A stretch of DNA of 26,461 nucleotides from a virus (Duplodnaviria > Heunggongvirae > Uroviricota > Caudoviricetes): the IMG/VR virus record IMGVR_UViG_3300009164_000055; one strand, 5' to 3'. Both the position numbers and the translations under genes were made by a program. The notes under the pieces were generated by a model. It searched no databases. It was not told the origin of the DNA and saw only the letters and a list, made by a program, of their open reading frames with translations. Positions 1 to 6,536 of this stretch are shown piece by piece (position 1 is the first letter of the stretch; each line of letters opens with the position of its first letter).

Positions 1-171
1 ACGTTTGAAGCAATCGAAGGTTCAACTTATAAACAATTGAAAATGAACCCCCAGAAAGACCCAAGCAAACCAGCTTATTGGGTTGACGAAGATGGGAAAA
101 AAGCACATTATGAACGAATTAAAAACGGACACAGACTTTTTGCAAAGTACTATTTCGGACTCTGGGATTAA
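1..171 (+). CDS. 3' end of a hypothetical phage protein (partial, starts before window)
   Basis: Frame 1 is open from base 1 to TAA at 169-171: TFEAIEGSTYKQLKMNPQKD...RIKNGHRLFAKYYFGLWD*. The ending resembles a recurrent phage 'NGxRLFxKYYxxLWD' C-terminus (from memory). Confidence 0.75.
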   Translation, partial: TFEAIEGSTYKQLKMNPQKDPSKPAYWVDEDGKKAHYERIKNGHRLFAKYYFGLWD

Positions 172-178
172 TTTCCTC

Positions 179-206
179 TTGCAAAATGTTTGAAATGTTG
201 TATAAT
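179..206 (+). promoter_or_regulatory. sigma70-type (early) promoter
   Basis: TTGCAA (179-184), 16 nt, TATAAT (201-206); followed by AAAGGAAC SD and ATG at 233. Confidence 0.65.
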
Positions 207-232
207 GTAGGTTCTTAAAAGGAACGAATCGA

Positions 233-763
233 ATGATCCCTACTATTTTTATTGACATGGATGGCGTACTAGCTGACCTTCATTATGGAATCACTGAGCT
301 TAGTGGTGATCCATCTATCACTGATTACCGCAGTGCCTTATTTAAGACATGGCTACCTGCTTATGTAGAAGCCAATGGTTTTGCAAAACAACCTCCTATG
401 CCAAATGCTGCAAAGCTAGTTGAATTCCTAACCAAACTTCATAAGAAGGGCAAGGTAAAGCTTGCTATTCTCACATCACATGGTGAATTCTACGAACCCT
501 TCAGCGAAGTAATTCGCCAGAAGAAAGTTTGGTTGGAATGGACTTTTCCTGAATTGAACAAAATTCCTTTTTGTGCAACAGCATCTGGTGCTGACAAAAG
601 CATTCTTGCTAGCCCAACTACTCTATTGATCGATGATCATGCTAAGAACATTATCCACTTCACGAATGCTGGTGGTCATGGTATTGTCTATGAAGATCAT
701 CATATTGAAATCCATTTTATTGAAATTCTTGAATTTTTGGGAGCACATCAAACTCATGTATAA
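233..763 (+). CDS. HAD-superfamily 5'(3')-deoxyribonucleotidase (NT5C-like)
   Basis: DMDGVLAD motif I, ILTS motif II, LIDD motif IV. Confidence 0.85.
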   Translation: MIPTIFIDMDGVLADLHYGITELSGDPSITDYRSALFKTWLPAYVEANGFAKQPPMPNAAKLVEFLTKLHKKGKVKLAILTSHGEFYEPFSEVIRQKKVWLEWTFPELNKIPFCATASGADKSILASPTTLLIDDHAKNIIHFTNAGGHGIVYEDHHIEIHFIEILEFLGAHQTHV

Positions 764-884
764 TCGTAAGCTAGATAGTCAACGTGTTATCAATGCACTT
801 CGTGCCAGTGAAAATGCCAAGAATCAATGGTTCAAGGATTACTGGTATGGAGTAGCCTCCAAGCTTTGTAAGAAATACACATGA
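756..884 (+). CDS. small hypothetical protein (42 aa)
   Basis: ATG at 756 overlaps the upstream stop; MYNRKLDSQRVINALRASENAKNQWFKDYWYGVASKLCKKYT; its stop overlaps the next ATG (ATGA). Confidence 0.65.
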   Translation: MYNRKLDSQRVINALRASENAKNQWFKDYWYGVASKLCKKYT

Positions 885-1285
885 GTAAAATCGGTTTTGT
901 TGCTGGCGCATTTGATCTGCTTCATGCTGGCCATATTCTTATGCTAGCAGAAGCCAAATCAAAATGTGATAGATTAATTGTTGGTCTTCATACTGATCCA
1001 ACAATTGATAGACTTGAAAAAAATAGACCAATTCAGTCTACATTTGAAAGATATCTACAACTCAAAGCATTGAGATATGTGGACGATATTATTCCATATG
1101 ACACTGAAGAAGATTTGTTGAATATATTGGCGAACACTCAGATTGATATTCGTTTTCTTGGCGATGACTATCGTGACAGTAAATCGTATACTGGCTTTGG
1201 ATTAGATATGCCAATTTATTTCTGTAAAAGAAAACATAATTATAGCTCAAGTGAACTAAGAAATCGCTTGACAAAGGAATTGTAA
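881..1285 (+). CDS. cytidylyltransferase (TagD/glycerol-3-phosphate cytidylyltransferase-like)
   Basis: GAFDLLHAGH (HxGH), ER..L.ALRYVD, GDDY, terminal YSSSELR motif. Confidence 0.9.
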   Translation: MSKIGFVAGAFDLLHAGHILMLAEAKSKCDRLIVGLHTDPTIDRLEKNRPIQSTFERYLQLKALRYVDDIIPYDTEEDLLNILANTQIDIRFLGDDYRDSKSYTGFGLDMPIYFCKRKHNYSSSELRNRLTKEL

Positions 1286-1299
1286 GGTCTTACCTTACA
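1268..1299 (+). promoter_or_regulatory. putative sigma70-type promoter overlapped by an 8-bp inverted repeat
   Basis: TTGACA (1268-1273), 17 nt, TACCTT (1291-1296); TGTAAGGT-ctt-ACCTTACA palindrome at 1281-1299. Confidence 0.45.
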
Positions 1300-1338
1300 T
1301 GTTGGTTTAACTGAGCCACAATTTAAATCAGTCGTATC

Positions 1339-1345
1339 TTAAATA
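1339..1345 (+). promoter_or_regulatory. possible T4-type late promoter variant (TTAAATA)
   Basis: One mismatch from the ATAAATA core, located just upstream of the GGAG SD (1351-1354) of the OMP gene. Confidence 0.35.
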
Positions 1346-1360
1346 ATATTGGAGTATAAT

Positions 1361-1837
1361 ATGAAGAATTTTGTAATTAGTACTGCCGTTGCTGCACTAG
1401 CAATTGTTGCCACCCCTGCTTTTGCTGGTGACTTTTCTGGCCCTCGCCTAGAAGCCACTGCTGGCGTTGACAATGTTGATCGTGGCGTTGATCCAACTGA
1501 CGTATCATACGGCGTTGGTGCTGGCTATGACCTTCAGTTTGGTAAGGTAGTTGCTGGTATTGAAGCTAGCGTTGATAATGTGTTTGATCGCCGTGATGTT
1601 GGCGTTGGTGCACGTCTTGGTTATGTTCTAAATGAGAACGTACTCCTCTTCACTAAGGTTTCATACTCAAACTGGAAGCCAACCAATCGCCTAACACTTG
1701 AAGGTGTTCGTGTAGGTGGCGGTCTTGAAGTGAATGTCGCTGGTCCAGTATATGCAAAGGTTGAATACCGCTATACTGACTTCGAAGGTGCCACTGGTAA
1801 GCATGGTGGCCTTGTCGGTCTAGGCTATCGTTTCTAA
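1361..1837 (+). CDS. outer-membrane beta-barrel protein (OmpA-like transmembrane/porin family) with signal peptide
   Basis: GGAG SD then ATG at 1361. Sec signal MKNFVISTAVAALAIVATPAFA; alternating amphipathic strands (GVGAGYD, GARLGY, YAKVEYRYTD); C-terminal GLGYRF BAM-type signature. Confidence 0.88.
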   Translation: MKNFVISTAVAALAIVATPAFAGDFSGPRLEATAGVDNVDRGVDPTDVSYGVGAGYDLQFGKVVAGIEASVDNVFDRRDVGVGARLGYVLNENVLLFTKVSYSNWKPTNRLTLEGVRVGGGLEVNVAGPVYAKVEYRYTDFEGATGKHGGLVGLGYRF

Positions 1838-1863
1838 GGGGTTGTTCCTCCCTCAGTAAACTT

Positions 1864-1900
1864 GACCCCTCTGAATTTATTTTCAGGGGGGTCTTTTTTT
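1864..1900 (+). terminator. intrinsic terminator
   Basis: GACCCCTCTGAA / TTCAGGGGGGTC 12-bp stem (one G-U) followed by a 7-T run. Confidence 0.85.
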
Positions 1901-1903
1901 GTG

Positions 1904-1961
1904 TTGACACGAATCGTAAATGATTCTATATTCTCTTTATCAACACAGAGAGGAACTACCA
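1904..1961 (+). promoter_or_regulatory. early promoter + leader cassette, copy 1 (two GANTC sites in spacer)
   Basis: TTGACA-cGAATCgtaaatGATTC-TATATT, 17-nt spacer, then ATCAACAC..AGGAACTAC leader to ATG at 1962. Confidence 0.85.
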
Positions 1962-2279
1962 ATGACCAAGTTTGTTAAAGAAAACTTCACCAACTCTGGC
2001 GGTTATGTTACCTATGGCGAAGATCGCAAGTTTGTTGCACGGTTTAAGTATGCTAGGGATGGCGTTAGCTCGTTCATCGCTTTCCTGATCAAGAACTTCA
2101 CAGTTGAAGAATACTTTGCACAGATGGATAAGGGTCTTGCTCCTCTTCAGATTGTTGAGTTCAAAGGTTATCTTCTGCCGCACATCAAGAAGTGGTTGAA
2201 GCAAGCTGGCTACGAAACTTCGAAGGCTGGTTTCGACAAGTATATTGAAGATAAAATTAATTTACGAAAGGCGGCATAA
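1962..2279 (+). CDS. hypothetical early protein (105 aa)
   Basis: AGGA SD before ATG at 1962 (MTKFVKENF...). The ORF-track start at 1920 lies inside the promoter. Confidence 0.8.
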   Translation: MTKFVKENFTNSGGYVTYGEDRKFVARFKYARDGVSSFIAFLIKNFTVEEYFAQMDKGLAPLQIVEFKGYLLPHIKKWLKQAGYETSKAGFDKYIEDKINLRKAA

Positions 2280-2284
2280 ACCGC

Positions 2285-2340
2285 TTGACACGAATCACAA
2301 ATAGTTTTATATTCACATCATCAAAACAAAGGAATTAAAA
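2285..2340 (+). promoter_or_regulatory. early promoter + leader cassette, copy 2 (one GANTC site)
   Basis: TTGACA-cGAATCacaaatagttt-TATATT, 17-nt spacer; leader ATCAAAACAAAGGAA to ATG at 2341. Confidence 0.85.
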
Positions 2341-2862
2341 ATGGCTTACGAAAATTGTCAAGTTGCTAAGGAAGCAGTCTACACCGCAATCGGCATTAAC
2401 GATCAACGGTTTGACGGTATGTGGGTTTGCGTTGATATAACTGAGATGTACACATCTGGTTGGAGACAACAACGTACTGGTCGTTTTCAGGCTCGTATTT
2501 CTAGCCCTTATCGTGGCCGTGTTACTCGTGATACTATCCTGCGTACTCGCAAGGAACTGAATAACGAATTTGATATGGCTGCTATTAAGGATGCTGTTGT
2601 TGCATATGTTACTGAAAAGAAGCGTCAAGATGCTGATGATAAGGCTCGTATGGCAACTGTTGCTTCTAACAGGTCTATCGTTAAGGATACAAAGGCGCTC
2701 TATCAAGGCAAAACCTATGTGTCGGATTATTTTAACGGTACCTGTGCAATATATTCTTCTGAGCATGAAGAAGGCAAAATTCGCTTGAAGTGGGATTTTG
2801 GTTCTGTCGATGCTGAAACTGCTGCAAAGATTATGAACCTGATCAATGAGATTGGTGCATAA
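2341..2862 (+). CDS. hypothetical early protein
   Basis: 173-aa ORF with its own promoter and SD; no motif recognised. Confidence 0.8.
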   Translation: MAYENCQVAKEAVYTAIGINDQRFDGMWVCVDITEMYTSGWRQQRTGRFQARISSPYRGRVTRDTILRTRKELNNEFDMAAIKDAVVAYVTEKKRQDADDKARMATVASNRSIVKDTKALYQGKTYVSDYFNGTCAIYSSEHEEGKIRLKWDFGSVDAETAAKIMNLINEIGA

Positions 2863-2880
2863 TTTTTTTAAAAAATATTC

Positions 2881-2937
2881 TTGACAGATGAAGTTAGTTG
2901 GAATATATTAACTTCATCGAAACAAAGGAACTACATC
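2881..2937 (+). promoter_or_regulatory. early promoter + leader cassette, copy 3 (10-bp inverted repeat around -10)
   Basis: TTGACA, 17 nt, TATATT (2904-2909); GATGAAGTTA (2887-2896) / TAACTTCATC (2909-2918); leader ATCGAAACAAAGGAACTAC. Confidence 0.8.
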
Positions 2938-3162
2938 ATGAAGATTTTTGAAAAAGGTTTGGACCATCTTATCGCTGTTGTAGAGCACGAAGTTATCTTC
3001 ATGTTCTCTGATGCAGAAGAAATTGGTAGCTCAGACATTAGCTGTTGCGTTCGGAGTGTTCTTCGTAATTTCTACGATAACATTGATGAAGCTTCTAACC
3101 CTGAATGTGTTGCTGTTCGTAATTGTATCAGCAACACCCTCTCCACTGTTTTAAGGAAGTAA
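2938..3162 (+). CDS. hypothetical early protein (74 aa)
   Basis: ATG at 2938 after AAGGA SD. The ORF-track TTG start is the -35 box. Confidence 0.75.
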   Translation: MKIFEKGLDHLIAVVEHEVIFMFSDAEEIGSSDISCCVRSVLRNFYDNIDEASNPECVAVRNCISNTLSTVLRK

Positions 3163-3163
3163 A

Positions 3164-3448
3164 ATGTTTAAGATTTCTGATAATAAAGGTTTTCAAATCA
3201 CCTTCGACAATGGTTACACGGTGTCTGTACAGTTTGGTGCTGGCAACTATTCAGATAACTATAGTCTTGGCATTATGGAATATTATGGTAAGCCTGTGCC
3301 GCCATCATCTACCGCTGAGACTGCCTTGTTTGGTCCTGATGGAGAGTTTGTCGAATACAAGGGTGATGATGTTCAGGGTAGACAAACCCCTGAAGATGTG
3401 CTAGAGCTTTTGAACTATGCTGCTGGCATAGTGGTTGAAAGGGACTAA
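3164..3448 (+). CDS. hypothetical protein
   Basis: Tightly packed 94-aa ORF with AAGGA SD; KGFQITFDNGYTVSVQFG...AETA pattern. Confidence 0.75.
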   Translation: MFKISDNKGFQITFDNGYTVSVQFGAGNYSDNYSLGIMEYYGKPVPPSSTAETALFGPDGEFVEYKGDDVQGRQTPEDVLELLNYAAGIVVERD

Positions 3449-3449
3449 T

Positions 3450-3650
3450 ATGGTTGGTGATTATTTTGGACATGATACCACTCTCGCTGCTGCTGTGGAC
3501 TATATCAGTCATGGCTTTGCACGTGATCTAGAAGACTTTGCAATCACTGCTGATGTAGACCCTTCGTGGGAACTTGAAGTAGTTGTTGCATATGTTGATC
3601 GTGTCAATGGCCTTAGCGCACTATACCCAAAGATGCCTGATATCATCTGA
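3450..3650 (+). CDS. hypothetical protein
   Basis: ATG at 3450 after AGGGA; TGATG overlap with the next gene. Confidence 0.6.
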   Translation: MVGDYFGHDTTLAAAVDYISHGFARDLEDFAITADVDPSWELEVVVAYVDRVNGLSALYPKMPDII

Positions 3651-4090
3651 TGGATATCTCATTCATTGGGATTACTGGAAAAAAAGCACAGAGGCTGAAA
3701 GATGCCTCTGTGTTTTATGCTGAACTCATGATGGATAAACGTATAGTTCGTAACACATATCTTGAGATAAATTTTGTTGATGACTATGAATTTCTAGGTC
3801 AGTGCCTACCAGAAGACGATAATAAAAACCCAAGATATTTCACTATCATCCTGCAAAAAAATAAAGAACTTTTCAGAACACTTGCTCATGAGATGGTACA
3901 CCTAAAGCAGTATTCTATGGGTGAATTATCATTTGACAAAACTGAAACTTATTGGTATGGTAAGTCATGGAAGCCAAAAGGTAAGCAACACAAGTATTTT
4001 GATTCGCCATGGGAGATAGAAGCTTATGGACGTGACTTTGGCTTGTATTATCGCTGGCTTGAATATGAAGAAAGATTGAATAATGTCTAA
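3650..4090 (+). CDS. HExxH putative Zn-metallopeptidase-like protein
   Basis: LAHEMVHLKQY and downstream PWEIEAY (candidate third ligand). Confidence 0.7.
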   Translation: MDISFIGITGKKAQRLKDASVFYAELMMDKRIVRNTYLEINFVDDYEFLGQCLPEDDNKNPRYFTIILQKNKELFRTLAHEMVHLKQYSMGELSFDKTETYWYGKSWKPKGKQHKYFDSPWEIEAYGRDFGLYYRWLEYEERLNNV

Positions 4091-4703
4091 TCGTTTTGTA
4101 ATCAGTGACACACACTTTGGTCACACTAACAGTTGGGAGAAGTTTAAGCTTCCTAGCGGTGATCCTCTGCGCCCATTTACTTCTACTGAAGAGATGGATG
4201 AGACGATGGTTGAGCGTTGGAATGCTGTTGTTCGTCCACAGGATACTGTGTATCACCTTGGTGACGTTGTGATCAATAGGAAGTCGCTGCATCATGTCAA
4301 GCGCCTAAATGGTAAAAAGCGTCTGGTTCGTGGTAATCATGATATCTTCAAAGATGCTGATTATCGTGAGGCTGGTTTTGACTCGTTGTATGGTGTTCGT
4401 GTGTTTGTGGATCAGTTCATCCTGAGCCATATCCCACTACACCCTGACTGTGTGACTGAACGCTTTCGTGTGAATGTCCATGGGCATCTTCATGCAAATG
4501 AGGTTACACGTGATGTAATCGTTCGCCCTGATTCTCGTTTTGACACTGAGCATGAGTTTTATAGACTGCAATCAAAAATTGATCCTCGCTATCTGTGTGT
4601 CTCTGTTGAGCACACTGACTATCGTCCTCTGTCATTTGATGAAATTGAGGCTCGTATCAAGGCTCGTTGGGAAGAAACTGGATACACCAAATCGTGGATT
4701 TGA
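4083..4703 (+). CDS. calcineurin-like metallophosphoesterase
   Basis: SDTHFGH, HLGD, GNHD, SHIP and HGHLH motifs. Confidence 0.9.
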   Translation: MSNRFVISDTHFGHTNSWEKFKLPSGDPLRPFTSTEEMDETMVERWNAVVRPQDTVYHLGDVVINRKSLHHVKRLNGKKRLVRGNHDIFKDADYREAGFDSLYGVRVFVDQFILSHIPLHPDCVTERFRVNVHGHLHANEVTRDVIVRPDSRFDTEHEFYRLQSKIDPRYLCVSVEHTDYRPLSFDEIEARIKARWEETGYTKSWI

Positions 4704-4751
4704 TTAAGCGTATCCAGTTCGTGCATGGGGTAATGGAAGTGGACCAAATTA

Positions 4752-5192
4752 ATGTTTATTAATACACCAACTGATGGCTATTGGCTCAAGGAAGATGGTA
4801 TCAAGAAGGCTGAAGAGCTTTATGGTGCCAAGTACATGGGCTTTTGGTGCACAAAGCGTCTTAATGGCAACTGGAATGACACTCCTGTAGAGGTATTCTA
4901 TCAGCCAAATCCCGATACTGAGAAGGGCCATAGTCATTATTTTGGGTTGTATAAGCAACTGTTAACTGGTGTTTTGTTCATCATTGATGCTAAGTCTGCA
5001 TTTTCTGATCCTATTATGGGTATTGAGACTGAAGATGGTGAGGTGATTGTATCTCGCTATCGCCATGATTATGTCGAGAAGGACAAGTACATGGTTGATG
5101 GTGGGCGTGATTATTTTCGATCAAGTGGTGGACCAGTTGTACGTATTCGTGTAGAAGGTCCAGAGTTTGTCATTGAAAGGGTTGTGAAGTAA
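4752..5192 (+). CDS. hypothetical protein
   Basis: 146-aa ORF with SRYRHDY...VDGGRDY C-terminal motif. Confidence 0.75.
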   Translation: MFINTPTDGYWLKEDGIKKAEELYGAKYMGFWCTKRLNGNWNDTPVEVFYQPNPDTEKGHSHYFGLYKQLLTGVLFIIDAKSAFSDPIMGIETEDGEVIVSRYRHDYVEKDKYMVDGGRDYFRSSGGPVVRIRVEGPEFVIERVVK

Positions 5193-5437
5193 TGTTTTTT
5201 CTTGGTATGATGGTTGGTATATGTATTGGATATGCGCTGCTTGCAATCTTTGTTGTTGGCAAAAGTGGCGACAACACAGTATATCGTGATCATGTAGAAG
5301 CCTTTGATGATGGTGTATCGTATGGTCTTAATCTCAATAGAGACAATGGTTCTATTCTTGCTGTCAATGGTGATGAAATCATGGTACAGTATCAGGATGG
5401 AATGATGAAGCGTTTTCGTGAGGTGACAGGTGACTAA
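5192..5437 (+). CDS. hypothetical protein with N-terminal TM helix
   Basis: TAATG coupling; hydrophobic first ~22 aa. Confidence 0.7.
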   Translation: MFFLGMMVGICIGYALLAIFVVGKSGDNTVYRDHVEAFDDGVSYGLNLNRDNGSILAVNGDEIMVQYQDGMMKRFREVTGD

Positions 5438-5606
5438 GATCAAGATTGTCATTGACAAAGATAAGGCAGACATGTTATATTCTGAACTTACTAAGTTACA
5501 GGCTTGGCATACTGGTTGGCGTGAAGCAGGTAAGCTTTCTCCACCCGGTTCAGAAGCAGTGTGGCAACTTAGGAATATAATCAAGCAAGGTAAGGAAGTA
5601 AAATAA
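5430..5606 (+). CDS. small hypothetical protein (58 aa, absent from ORF track)
   Basis: GTG start; MTKIKIVIDKDKADMLYSELTKLQAWHTGWREAGKLSPPGSEAVWQLRNIIKQGKEVK*; fills the gap exactly, TAATG coupling to the next gene. Confidence 0.65.
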   Translation: MTKIKIVIDKDKADMLYSELTKLQAWHTGWREAGKLSPPGSEAVWQLRNIIKQGKEVK

Positions 5607-5782
5607 TGGATTATCCTGATGCAAAGAAGCACCTGATTGTAAGTCTCGTAAAGAGCAGCCTTCGTATTATTGGTAGTCTTATTGCTCTGCTTAACTATAG
5701 CACTTTACAAAATGCTATGATTATTCTTGCAGCTACCTATGGTCTGGCTGAAGCTGTTGGTATTTACGAAGAGTTGGTCTAA
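5606..5782 (+). CDS. small membrane protein (58 aa, absent from ORF track)
   Basis: MDYPDAKKHLIVSLVKSSLRIIGSLIALL...LAEAVGIYEELV*; TAATG coupling at both ends. Confidence 0.7.
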   Translation: MDYPDAKKHLIVSLVKSSLRIIGSLIALLNYSTLQNAMIILAATYGLAEAVGIYEELV

Positions 5783-6006
5783 TGCCTATCAAGTATGAGC
5801 AGTGGCCACAACGTCCAATTGGTGGACAACATGTTGGTACTGGACCAAATGGTATTAAGGGTACTCATTATATTGGTGAGTACCCTACAGGCATAGAAGC
5901 TTTCTGTGAGTACCATCGCAGCCAACATAAAAATCGTATGGCTGTTCAAGAGATGATTGAATGGGCGCTAGCTAGTGCAAACATAAAGGAACCAACTGAT
6001 GGCTAA
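5782..6006 (+). CDS. minimal class I release-factor catalytic (GGQ) domain protein
   Basis: GGQHV...TH...PTGI...C...RSQHKN aligns by eye with RF1 domain 3 ([34 protein letters not shown]); only 74 aa. Confidence 0.82.
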   Translation: MPIKYEQWPQRPIGGQHVGTGPNGIKGTHYIGEYPTGIEAFCEYHRSQHKNRMAVQEMIEWALASANIKEPTDG

Positions 6007-6220
6007 GATTGTATACCCTGAAGAGATTATGTCTGCTAAGATTAAACAATTTGAAGTAGAACTTGAAAATATTATTTCTCTGACTGATGAACCTCTTTCA
6101 AATCCACTTGAAGTAGGATTTCGACATTCGCCTCTTACACCAAAAGAGCAAATTGAACGCTTGAAGGAAGTATGCGCTGTTGTTAATATTTGTGCACGTG
6201 CAGCATTAGGATCGAATTGA
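5999..6220 (+). CDS. hypothetical protein
   Basis: 73-aa ORF overlapping the upstream stop. Confidence 0.6.
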   Translation: MAKIVYPEEIMSAKIKQFEVELENIISLTDEPLSNPLEVGFRHSPLTPKEQIERLKEVCAVVNICARAALGSN

Positions 6221-6221
6221 A

Positions 6222-6470
6222 ATGAATCTTGAGATTGAAGCACATGAAGGCGAACTTAAAAAGTTAAGAAGTGAGAATGAATTGTTTAAAAAGATATTTT
6301 CTCATACATTCGCTGCTGAGAAACTTGGAGACACATTCTTTATCTGTGGCGAAAGCGGTGAAAAGGATCAGAACAATCTCCCTAAACAGATTCATATCTG
6401 TCCTGCATATGGTGTGGATTGGTTTCAAATATATGAGCGTACAAACAATGCATGGGGACCAGAGTGGTAA
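6222..6470 (+). CDS. hypothetical protein
   Basis: 82-aa ORF with FICGESGEKD..LP...ICPAYG motif. Confidence 0.7.
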   Translation: MNLEIEAHEGELKKLRSENELFKKIFSHTFAAEKLGDTFFICGESGEKDQNNLPKQIHICPAYGVDWFQIYERTNNAWGPEW

Positions 6471-6491
6471 TCAACGAATTTCCGTCACCTG

Positions 6492-6499
6492 TATAAATA
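6492..6499 (+). promoter_or_regulatory. T4-type late promoter
   Basis: Exact TATAAATA in the intergenic gap before the nuclease gene. Confidence 0.75.
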
Positions 6500-6536
6500 A
6501 TATTGACGTAAGCCATTTAACAGATAAGGAAATTCC

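Noticed and set aside
5782-6006. Stop-codon reassignment implied by a phage release factor
   Set aside because: All long genes are intact in the standard code and end in TAA or TGA, and the GGQ protein has no codon-recognition domain.
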